Shown: one piece after another, positions 7,510 to 15,843 of the stretch
Layout: the number at the start of each line of letters is the position of its first letter
How positions within the stretch are numbered: the first letter of the stretch is position 1
Origin: a virus
Lineage: Duplodnaviria > Caudoviricetes
IMG/VR virus record: IMGVR_UViG_3300005253_000273
Coordinates: 1-52,257 of that record
DNA length: 52,257 nucleotides
Direction: 5' to 3' (one strand)
Translations under genes and position numbers: made by a program
The notes under the pieces: model-generated
Seen by the model: the letters and a program-made list of their open reading frames with translations, nothing else
What the model was told of the DNA's origin: nothing
Databases searched by the model: none

Positions 7510-7827
7510 ATGGCCAGGAAAAAAGAAACACAAGCACAAAAGATGGAAAAAATGATTAAGAAAGTTTTAAAGGGGCATCAAGGTACCACGGTCTCGAATA
7601 ATGTTTTTACCGGTATAAAGTTCGATGCTGAAATTGCCTCAACAATAACAGCTATAGCGGAAGGACTTATAGAAAACGCTAAGGGCCTTCGAGCATTATC
7701 GGGATTTTTAAAGGCATCCAGCGTTAGTATTGGCTCCTTATTAGAAATAGGGGCATCGCTTGCTCCAGGAGAGGTAGAAATGGAGAAGGGAGTGAGGACA
7801 TATGACACTTTTGGAGAAGAAGAATGA
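7510..7827 (+). CDS. hypothetical protein
   Basis: 105 aa ORF, ATGA-coupled to dcd. Confidence 0.7.
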   Translation: MARKKETQAQKMEKMIKKVLKGHQGTTVSNNVFTGIKFDAEIASTITAIAEGLIENAKGLRALSGFLKASSVSIGSLLEIGASLAPGEVEMEKGVRTYDTFGEEE

Positions 7828-8306
7828 TTCTGGCTGATAAACAAATTAAAGAATTACTTGTGAATCATGAATTGCTGACTCCTTACGAACTGGAGAAGAA
7901 AGTCTTCGAGGGAGTTTCTTACGGGCTTTCAAGTTGTAGTTATGATTTGAGGTTGGACAGATTTAACGGTCCTTCACATCCGTTTAATATTCTTCCAAAT
8001 CAATTTGCTCTCGGCTGTACTCTCGAACACATTAGAATGCCCAACAACATAGTAGGACTCATCAAGGATAAGTCAACTTGGGCGCGTAGAGGACTATCCG
8101 TATTCAACACTCTAATTGATCCCGGCTTCGAAGGACAAATTACCTTAGAGTTAAAGAATCAGGGGAACGACCTACTTGCACTTCCCCGGGGAATAGGCAT
8201 TGCCCAGATCATGTTCTTTGAGTGCGGAGAAGTAGAGAATCCTTACAACGGAAAATATCAGGGCCAGCAGGGAGTGACTGGTCCTATTGAGGAGACTGGC
8301 AAATGA
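7824..8306 (+). CDS. dcd: dCTP deaminase (dCD/dUTPase superfamily)
   Basis: MILADKQI, SYGLSSCSYDLRL, KSTWARRGL, IDPGFEGQITLE, GIAQIMF, YNGKYQGQ. Confidence 0.93.
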   Translation: MILADKQIKELLVNHELLTPYELEKKVFEGVSYGLSSCSYDLRLDRFNGPSHPFNILPNQFALGCTLEHIRMPNNIVGLIKDKSTWARRGLSVFNTLIDPGFEGQITLELKNQGNDLLALPRGIGIAQIMFFECGEVENPYNGKYQGQQGVTGPIEETGK

Positions 8307-8500
8307 CTGATAAAGGATTTGATGCAGGAGCAGGAATAATAATTACTCTGTTCTTTGGATTTATACTCTATATTCTCGGATATCATTTTGGCAAAGATCA
8401 AGCTCGACTTGAAATTAACGCTCTCCACACCCAAATCGAAAAACAGAATTGTGAGGAGAATACTATTCCTAGATTAAGGAAGGGGTTGTTGAAGAAATGA
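8303..8500 (+). CDS. small membrane protein
   Basis: One hydrophobic N-terminal segment; ATGA coupling. Confidence 0.65.
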   Translation: MTDKGFDAGAGIIITLFFGFILYILGYHFGKDQARLEINALHTQIEKQNCEENTIPRLRKGLLKK

Positions 8501-8685
8501 GTAAATTTGCCCTTTATTTTAAATCCACTCATTTTCCTCGAAGGCTCTTGGCAGGATACACTTTTTCAACTGAGGAAGAAGCTGAAGATTTCAAGGCACG
8601 AATGGTATCAGAGTGTTTGCGGAATGAGTATTGGGTAGAACAGATTGATATAAATTGGGATAAAGAGTTGAAGGAGCTGAAATGA
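8497..8685 (+). CDS. hypothetical protein
   Basis: ATGA coupling at both ends. Confidence 0.6.
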   Translation: MSKFALYFKSTHFPRRLLAGYTFSTEEEAEDFKARMVSECLRNEYWVEQIDINWDKELKELK

Positions 8686-9455
8686 AGCCCTTTCTGCTTG
8701 AATTGGATTTAAGCCAAGTAGAATCCCGCATCTGTTACATGCGCACAAGAAACTCTATCCTTGTGGCCCAAGCCCAGAGCCCACCTTGGGAATTTGATGG
8801 GCATACCGAGACAGCTCAGATGATCTACGGGGTGGAAAAACCTACCCCTACTCAACGATATCTAGGCAAAAAAACATCTCATGGAGTAATGAGGGGGATG
8901 CAGGGAAAGAAACTGGCTGATGAACTTTTGAAGGAAGGAACCGTAATGGCAGTCTCTGACTGTGACTGGCTGATCCAGCGGTATTTTGAAACGAAGCCAG
9001 CAATTCGAGATGTATATTTTACAGAAGTCCGTCAGCAAGTTTGGGACGAAAGAAGACTGGTTAATTCCTGGGGCCGGGTTATCGAGTGGCCTTATGATAA
9101 ATTTGGGGACGATCTCTATCGTGAGGCTTACTCGTGGCCCCTTCAGTCTGATGCTGCCGATCTGATAAATCAGCAGGGCTTGATTCCAATGTACCACTGG
9201 TTGAAAAATAGTAAAATGCATACAAAGATTCTTGCCCAAGTTCATGATTCACTTCTCTTTAATACTTGTATCGAAGAAGCCTATGATGTAGCACTGGCTT
9301 TCAAGGGATGGATTGCAAAGCCTATTGAGTATCCTGCTGGGCCGCTCTCGGTTCCAGTGACTTTTAAGATTGGAAGGACTTGGGCTGGAGATCATGAATG
9401 GAAACGATTACCGAGCAGAGAAGAATTTAATACTAAAATAGAAGAGATCATATGA
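8682..9455 (+). CDS. polA: Family A DNA polymerase C-terminal subunit (motifs A, B, C)
   Basis: Motif A LELDLSQVESR, motif B RYLGKKTSHGVMRG, Q..AAD, motif C QVHDS; AAGGAG RBS. Confidence 0.92.
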   Translation: MKPFLLELDLSQVESRICYMRTRNSILVAQAQSPPWEFDGHTETAQMIYGVEKPTPTQRYLGKKTSHGVMRGMQGKKLADELLKEGTVMAVSDCDWLIQRYFETKPAIRDVYFTEVRQQVWDERRLVNSWGRVIEWPYDKFGDDLYREAYSWPLQSDAADLINQQGLIPMYHWLKNSKMHTKILAQVHDSLLFNTCIEEAYDVALAFKGWIAKPIEYPAGPLSVPVTFKIGRTWAGDHEWKRLPSREEFNTKIEEII

Positions 9456-9661
9456 TTAAAAAACCTGCCTTAGACTCAATCGACAAACGACTTCTCCACA
9501 TGCGGAGACTGTTCAACTTCATAAAAACGCACAGGCGGAATTGCCTGATGAATGATGCTTTCAAGTCACTCAAACGAGAAGCCAGAGGGCTTGATTCCAT
9601 GATGCGTGAAGCTGTTAAATCTGGTGATGTGGAGTTCAAGCCCCGTGAAAAAAAGGTATGA
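9452..9661 (+). CDS. hypothetical basic protein
   Basis: ATGA overlap with the polymerase C-subunit. Confidence 0.55.
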   Translation: MIKKPALDSIDKRLLHMRRLFNFIKTHRRNCLMNDAFKSLKREARGLDSMMREAVKSGDVEFKPREKKV

Positions 9662-10862
9662 AACAGACACCAATTTTTTGTCTCTTTATAGATACTATTG
9701 TGGAAATACCGAAGTCCCTGAGTTGTTTCATCTCTGGAGTGGTATCAGTCTGGTAGCATCCTGCATGGGTAATAATGTCTGGATAGAGAAGTTTAAGGGA
9801 GACAGGCTTTATCCCAATCTTTATATTCTCCTAATTGGTCCTTCAGCCAGTGGGAAGGGGATAGCTATCAACAAGGCTGTTAAGTTTGCGGATTTAGAGA
9901 CCTCGATTATGAATCCTTTTAGGATGTCTGGGACCAAACGAGGAAGTATCCAACTCTTAGTGCGTCCCAGGAGGTTTCCTGATCCCTTCTATCATGGTTC
10001 CAGGATCTACATGATCTCTCCAGAACTGGTCAATGACATTGGTTCCGGTCCTCTGGCAGATGAATGGGTTCGTTGGATGACAGCCATGTTTACTGAGACG
10101 GATACCAAGTGTACGGATACTACTGGCATACATGGTATTCAGGTTCTTGAAAATCCGCTGATTAACTGGTTAGGTGGAAGCACTGAAGAATGGATGCGAA
10201 AGAGTATTTCAGAGGATGCAATTACCGGAGGATTCTTTGCTCGAACTGTAGTGGTTCCTGGAGAAGTCAACTATGAACATCGAGTACACAAGCCTACAGT
10301 TCCTTGGGATTTTGAAGAGGTCAGAAACCACCTTTCCCGGAGAATCTCATACTTCTGTCGGATATACGGACAGATGGTTCTTTCACCGGATGCAGAGCAG
10401 ATTGATGCTCAATGGTACAACAATCGGCCAGCTCCCACAGAAGAATCTCTCAGTGCGATCTGGAACAGGGAGCATGATATCATTCTCAAAGTTGCAATGG
10501 TGATTGCCATGTGTGATCTTCTGCTCTGGGATGAAAGATATGATTTTATAATCAAAAGACATCATATCCAAGTTGCCCAAAAACTGGTTGCTGATGTGCG
10601 GGCAAACGTGGGAGCTATTATTAAACTGACTACTGATACAAGGGAATCAGCCATGTTTGAGACTGTAGTAAAGTATATTAAAGATGCCAAAAACGGAGTT
10701 GCCCATACGGCTCTCCTGAAGAAAGTTTATCCTAAAGGAATAGGATCGAAGCTCTTGGCGAATCTGGTAGCAACTCTTATGGAAGCGGGGCATGTAGAGA
10801 TTGAGTTTCGAGGGGAGAGAAGGGCTAAATATTATGTATGGAAGAGGAAGAGGTTAGGGTGA
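9645..10862 (+). CDS. DUF3987/YfjI-like P-loop NTPase (putative replicative helicase) with C-terminal winged helix
   Basis: TEVPELFHLW, LYPNLYILLIGPSASGKG (Walker A), GGFFAR; likely GTG start at 9645 with GGAG RBS. Confidence 0.7.
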   Translation: MKKRYETDTNFLSLYRYYCGNTEVPELFHLWSGISLVASCMGNNVWIEKFKGDRLYPNLYILLIGPSASGKGIAINKAVKFADLETSIMNPFRMSGTKRGSIQLLVRPRRFPDPFYHGSRIYMISPELVNDIGSGPLADEWVRWMTAMFTETDTKCTDTTGIHGIQVLENPLINWLGGSTEEWMRKSISEDAITGGFFARTVVVPGEVNYEHRVHKPTVPWDFEEVRNHLSRRISYFCRIYGQMVLSPDAEQIDAQWYNNRPAPTEESLSAIWNREHDIILKVAMVIAMCDLLLWDERYDFIIKRHHIQVAQKLVADVRANVGAIIKLTTDTRESAMFETVVKYIKDAKNGVAHTALLKKVYPKGIGSKLLANLVATLMEAGHVEIEFRGERRAKYYVWKRKRLG

Positions 10863-10904
10863 TGGGTGAGATAATATTTGAGATTACTTTACAGATTTTA
10901 ATTG

Positions 10905-12815
10905 TTACTGTTCTCCTGTTATGGTTTTTCTGAAATCCTCTGCATCCTTGAAAGTTCCATCAGGTCTTTGAAGATCCGGAAAGAATTGCTCAACTGGAAG
11001 TCCTGCATCTCTGAATTGCCGAATGAACCTGCTTCGGGTTTTGGGGTCAGCTGCAATGGTTCTGGAAGCAGAGCCCACAAGAACATCTGTAATGTTCTGA
11101 GTTACTTGAGCTACCAGTGGGTGGTTGTTAGTAAGTCGCAATCCTATAGTCAGCCACTTAGTTCCAGTCTCACTTGTCAATATTTTTGCTATCATTGCTG
11201 GAGAAAGTACAATAAGTCCTTGTTTGAACCTACTTCCGCTGACTGTATTGGTTGCTAGATTCAGCATCAAACCACCCTGCCCGATATTAATCAAGTTGAA
11301 TCCAGGTTTCACACGAGCAGCTTGAGTTAATTCATCCGGTCTAAATCTCTCAGCGATTGTGGCTATGTCCTGTAGGACTTGAATCTGGTTGTTGTTGAAG
11401 ACTTGTTGGAGACTTTCCAGTTGCTGCTTGTCGAGAACTTGATTAAAGTTCTCAATGTTACCCCGACTCATTAAATCATCCGCAAAAGCTCTCTGGAACA
11501 TAGGCCAGTCACGTTCACCGACAACACTTCTTAGGGCTTTAATGTTAGTTACATCACCAGTTTGGAAAAGTCCTTTGAATAAATCCTCCGGATCTTTGCT
11601 TACAACCTTTCTTCCAAGACCAGATTTCTGAAGCTCGAGCATTTCAATGAATCTGTCTTTGGCTTCCCGCAATACTGTGAGAGCTTCTGCTTTATCTCCT
11701 GTACCTTTAAATTCAGCCGCTTCAATACTTTCCGAGATTCCTTTGAAGAGTTGTTTGACTTCACCCTCTGGAAGATTCTTTAGTTTTGCGGTCTTGGCTC
11801 CGAGACGCTTCTGAAGTTCCCTTGCCTGCTCAAAAGTTATAAACTCTGAAAGTTCTCCAACCTCTTTTGCTAGCTTCTGAACAGCTCTGAATTGGAGACC
11901 CTTTGTTACGAGACTTTCCTGCCTTAATACTTCAGTGGCAGCTTGCTTGAATGCGTCCGTTGGAATGATTTTGGATTCACCTGCTAACTCACTAGCTTTA
12001 TCGAAGAGTCTCCCAGCTTCATTGTCTAAAATTTCAATCGTGTCATCGAAGGAACTCTTTGCAAACTCTCCAAGCTCAGACATTACTTTCCTGGGACCAG
12101 TCTTGTCCAAGAACCTATTCTGAAAAGCCTTAAATAACTTGACTCTATTATTGTTAAAGCGTTTTAAGATGCCGCCGGAGAGAAGCCCCTGTTTAGCAAA
12201 ACTTTCTAATCTTCCAAGAAAAGTCCGCGAAGTAATTTCAAATGGAGTTGGCTGTATTCCCAATCTCTCAAAAGCTTCCATTGCTGCAATGTCCTCTGGA
12301 AGAAGAGAGCTTGAAAACGGAGCAAGTCCAGTATTCTTGAAGCCTCTAGCTGCTCGTACAATACCTTGACCGCCAGCTTCTGCAACTAATCCGAAGACTC
12401 CTTCCTGTCCAATTCTCTTCATAGCTTCTTCAGATGTTTGAGGAGCTTTTGGATCAGAAGTGATCTGCATGATGATCTGTTCAATTGCTTCTCCAGCAGC
12501 AGAACCTAATGAAGCAAGTCCAGCCATTGCTGGAGGACCACCAGGAATTCCAAGAATACTACCACCAGTTCCTCCAATAACAGCGCCAAGGGGAAATCTC
12601 TCTTCTTCCGGCCCCACAATAGGTTCTTGTCCAGGAACTACTGCCTGACTAGGATCAAGATTTATATCAAGCTCTGGTTCTTCAGCGAGATCAAGGTCTC
12701 CAAGTCCCTCTTCTTTTCGCTGAAGTTCAAACATTCGCTTCTTCTTACGAAGTTCTTGTAGACGGGAAAACTTTTGCTCTGTTGTCTGTTGTTGTGGAAT
12801 TACGTTATCTACCAA
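10905..12815 (-). CDS. internal virion / DNA ejection protein
   Basis: Large helical protein with Gly/Ala-rich hydrophobic stretch; last gene of the structural arm, as in podoviruses. Confidence 0.6.
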   Translation of the reverse strand: MVDNVIPQQQTTEQKFSRLQELRKKKRMFELQRKEEGLGDLDLAEEPELDINLDPSQAVVPGQEPIVGPEEERFPLGAVIGGTGGSILGIPGGPPAMAGLASLGSAAGEAIEQIIMQITSDPKAPQTSEEAMKRIGQEGVFGLVAEAGGQGIVRAARGFKNTGLAPFSSSLLPEDIAAMEAFERLGIQPTPFEITSRTFLGRLESFAKQGLLSGGILKRFNNNRVKLFKAFQNRFLDKTGPRKVMSELGEFAKSSFDDTIEILDNEAGRLFDKASELAGESKIIPTDAFKQAATEVLRQESLVTKGLQFRAVQKLAKEVGELSEFITFEQARELQKRLGAKTAKLKNLPEGEVKQLFKGISESIEAAEFKGTGDKAEALTVLREAKDRFIEMLELQKSGLGRKVVSKDPEDLFKGLFQTGDVTNIKALRSVVGERDWPMFQRAFADDLMSRGNIENFNQVLDKQQLESLQQVFNNNQIQVLQDIATIAERFRPDELTQAARVKPGFNLINIGQGGLMLNLATNTVSGSRFKQGLIVLSPAMIAKILTSETGTKWLTIGLRLTNNHPLVAQVTQNITDVLVGSASRTIAADPKTRSRFIRQFRDAGLPVEQFFPDLQRPDGTFKDAEDFRKTITGEQ

Positions 12816-14691
12816 GTTCTTTCTCCAAAGCTTCTAGTTCAGCTTCTTCCGCTGGTGTCAGGGCTGTGTTGGTTATTGGGGGTATTCCAATGATTCTCCT
12901 CCGGCTGTTGTCGATGATTCTAGCCAGCTGGCTCAGTTTCTTATCGGCTAAAGCTTTACTGTCTGGGACGACAAAAGTTTCTCCCCGTCCTGGGAGTAGT
13001 TTTGGGAAGCTCTTCCTGAAGTCTTCAGCATCAAAGTCAGTGATCCGAGCCTCACCGAACGCTCTCGCAATTGTTCTAGTGACAGCTGTTACGGTAGATT
13101 CGTAAAGAATTGCATCTGGATTCGTTTGTGTGATTTGTTGTATTGCATTGGGTCCAGCTTGTATAATTCTGTCAATGAGATCATCGTCAGTGAATAACTT
13201 CTTTGCAAGCTCTGTGATTATTTTTACGTTGTCCAAAGAGGAGTTTATATTTGCTAATGCAGTACGCATTCCAGCAGTTACAACAACACCATCAGCTTCT
13301 AGTATAGTTTTGTAATTCGTGCCAGCTTTAAATGGCGCGAAAGTTTTTGGGTTGATTATTTTAATGAGATCATTCGGATCAACAGGGAGCTTTAATCCAG
13401 CCTTGATCTTAGCTTCAGCTACAGCAACTCCTTGCTGTGCTGCTGCTTCAACTTTCCTCTTCTGGACTTTTTGGATTGCGCTCCCTACAACTGCTGCTGT
13501 ACCTTTTGGATCATCCCTCATTCCTTGTGCAAATTCTTCTGGACTCCTGAAAGTCTGTTGCAGCTCTGCTTGAACTGCTTCACTGAGTTCAAAAGCATCA
13601 ACGTCACCTTCTTGGAACAACTTCTCATGACGCTTGGAGACAAAGCCATTGAAGCGATCCACTTCATTGTTGACTGATTCTGCTAACAGTGCATTACGTT
13701 CAGCGGTTGTAGGTCTCTTTCTATTATCCTGCCGAAAGATTCCCTCTTTAATTCGAAGTCCTTGATTCACAGCTTTGTTGAACTCACGATCAAATAATGC
13801 TTTAGCTTCCTTAGAGTTCCGCATTGGACTGTTGGCAAGCAATCTCGCTTTATCTGCTGCTGTGATTCTAGGAAATGCTTTTGAGACTTCATTATTGAAT
13901 CTTATGAACTTCTGACCCAGTGTAGCATTCTTCCCAACTGTCCTAGATATGGAACCACCACCTGGAATAGTTAGAGTAACAGTAGTTGGAGAATCTATGC
14001 GGACTACGTCCAGTTGCGATATGAAATCTTGAATAGAAGCGAGTTGCTGTCCTCTCACATCTGGCTCTACAGGCTGCGGCCCTTTAACTTGAGGCGGTGG
14101 TGGGACTACAGTCGGAGTTACAATTGTAGACTGTATTGGTTGTGGTACTTCTCGCCCAAAAGTTGTAGTGTCGAAGGGAACCTGCTCTGGTCCTCCTCGA
14201 ATTAAAGGCGGACCAGTCTGAAGTGGAGGCTCTACAAACCCAGTAGTGGGGACATCAGTGATTTCAGAGATTGGGGGAGCTGATGGTCTCTCTTGAATTT
14301 GAGAAGGAACTCTTGGCTGTATTGATGGAGTTGTAACAGCCCCTAAAGTTGCTGGCTGTATTGGTACTAGTGGACCGAGTATTCCAGGTTGCTGTTGCGG
14401 TAGTTGTTGTGTTGGAGCAGGTGCTGCACCAAGACTTGGCAATCCTTGGCCCCCTAATCCTGAAATAGCTTTAAAGAATTGGTCCCTGAATTGTTGAGCC
14501 TCTAAAGCTTTTTGCTCGTCAAGTGTAAGCTGGCCTTCACGGATTTCAAGTCCACGTTCTTGAAGCCCTAATCCACGTTCCTGAAGCTCTCTCTGGCTGC
14601 GCCGGCCCTTAATCTGCTGTCCCAACTGAAGACCTTGAGCGATTCCTTGGAAGAGACTGTTTATTGTATTTCCTGTTCTTCTTCTGGCCAT
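12805..14691 (-). CDS. internal virion / DNA ejection protein
   Basis: N-terminal FQGIAQGLQLG helix, Pro-rich linker, helical C-half; position. Confidence 0.55.
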   Translation of the reverse strand: MARRRTGNTINSLFQGIAQGLQLGQQIKGRRSQRELQERGLGLQERGLEIREGQLTLDEQKALEAQQFRDQFFKAISGLGGQGLPSLGAAPAPTQQLPQQQPGILGPLVPIQPATLGAVTTPSIQPRVPSQIQERPSAPPISEITDVPTTGFVEPPLQTGPPLIRGGPEQVPFDTTTFGREVPQPIQSTIVTPTVVPPPPQVKGPQPVEPDVRGQQLASIQDFISQLDVVRIDSPTTVTLTIPGGGSISRTVGKNATLGQKFIRFNNEVSKAFPRITAADKARLLANSPMRNSKEAKALFDREFNKAVNQGLRIKEGIFRQDNRKRPTTAERNALLAESVNNEVDRFNGFVSKRHEKLFQEGDVDAFELSEAVQAELQQTFRSPEEFAQGMRDDPKGTAAVVGSAIQKVQKRKVEAAAQQGVAVAEAKIKAGLKLPVDPNDLIKIINPKTFAPFKAGTNYKTILEADGVVVTAGMRTALANINSSLDNVKIITELAKKLFTDDDLIDRIIQAGPNAIQQITQTNPDAILYESTVTAVTRTIARAFGEARITDFDAEDFRKSFPKLLPGRGETFVVPDSKALADKKLSQLARIIDNSRRRIIGIPPITNTALTPAEEAELEALEKELGR

Positions 14692-14693
14692 AA

Positions 14694-15365
14694 TTAAAAT
14701 CCAGGTCCAAAGGCTCCTGCACCGGCACCAGCCGCACCAGCAGCAACTAACGGAGTTGCAGTTCCGCCAGTTGCTAATATTGCTGCAATACTAAGAGCTG
14801 CTCCAACTCCACTAAGATCCTTACTCTCTGGTGGTTGTCCTGCTTGTATTCTATTAATTGCTTGAGCCTGGGCTCCTCCACTGACTCGGCTGAATTGTTG
14901 ACTGCCTTGAAGGGCTCCTTGAGCAAGTTGCGACTCAGCAGCAACCCTTTGAGCCAGAAGCGGGAGGAAATTCTGAATGGTATTCGTGAAAACATTCAGT
15001 GGGATTCCAGCTCTCTGACGACCAAATTCAGAACCAGTTTGCGCCAAGAGTCTGTCTATTCCAAACTGCCCTCTACCTCCTGCCTGACGAGCTCCAAACC
15101 TCTCTATATCCCCAATTGCCGATCCCTGAGCTAAGAGACTCTCTTCAGTTCCACGAGCAATAAGAGGTCTCAGGAAGCCTGTAGCCTGTCCTTGAAGAGC
15201 GTCAGTAAGTTGTTGTAAAGGTAAATCAAATCCACCAAGAGCTTCCCCTGTGGCACCTCCCCGGAGGAATTTAAGGAATTCTCCCCCAGTGCCAAGAATA
15301 TTCTGTTCTCCTTGGATATCTCTTCCTTGTGGTACAGGCTGAAAATCAGGTCCGCCGCTACTCAT
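14694..15365 (-). CDS. small ejection (pilot-like) protein
   Basis: Gly/Gln/Ala-rich with hydrophobic C-terminus; position after GNAT-like gene. Confidence 0.5.
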   Translation of the reverse strand: MSSGGPDFQPVPQGRDIQGEQNILGTGGEFLKFLRGGATGEALGGFDLPLQQLTDALQGQATGFLRPLIARGTEESLLAQGSAIGDIERFGARQAGGRGQFGIDRLLAQTGSEFGRQRAGIPLNVFTNTIQNFLPLLAQRVAAESQLAQGALQGSQQFSRVSGGAQAQAINRIQAGQPPESKDLSGVGAALSIAAILATGGTATPLVAAGAAGAGAGAFGPGF

Positions 15366-15843
15366 CTTTAGGTTTCCTCATATGCTTGAAATCATTTCTA
15401 TGAAGGGATACAATCCAGCCTGGATCGTTTCCATAAAGCTCTGGTACTATCAGACTTATATTGTATCCCAGTTTCTTGTGTATTTCCAGCAAGTCGGGTT
15501 GCTTGGTGACTCCTATGATAACTGGAGTCAGCTTGAAGGCTTCTGTCATGATCGTAAATAGATTCTTTGAGAAGCTCATTTTGAATCTCATATCCTCTCG
15601 ACACCACAGGCCCATCCAGGTTCCATTCAACCAAGGATTGAACCAGACAAGCATCCAAATTCCTTTCTCGTCTACATCGAAAAATGACATGTAGGAATTT
15701 ACCAGAAGAGTCATAAAGTCGTAGGAGCTGGTCTGTTCCTTCTCGAAGAACATCTTCTTCAGGTCGCCGGATTTTTCTAATTCCATCCATAGTTGTTGAA
15801 CCAGTAAATTATGATTATTATCCCTGCTGTTGTAAAGGAACAT
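15358..15843 (-). CDS. GNAT-fold-like virion assembly protein
   Basis: LEIHKKLGY motif; position between nozzle and ejection genes as in P22-like phages. Confidence 0.45.
   Translation of the reverse strand: MFLYNSRDNNHNLLVQQLWMELEKSGDLKKMFFEKEQTSSYDFMTLLVNSYMSFFDVDEKGIWMLVWFNPWLNGTWMGLWCREDMRFKMSFSKNLFTIMTEAFKLTPVIIGVTKQPDLLEIHKKLGYNISLIVPELYGNDPGWIVSLHRNDFKHMRKPKDE

Noticed and set aside
7231-8684. Stop-codon readthrough, intron or split intein rejoining polA
   Set aside because: The frame after TAG is not polymerase-like and soon stops. There are no intein terminal residues or homing nuclease, and the gap is filled with RBS-bearing, coupled ORFs
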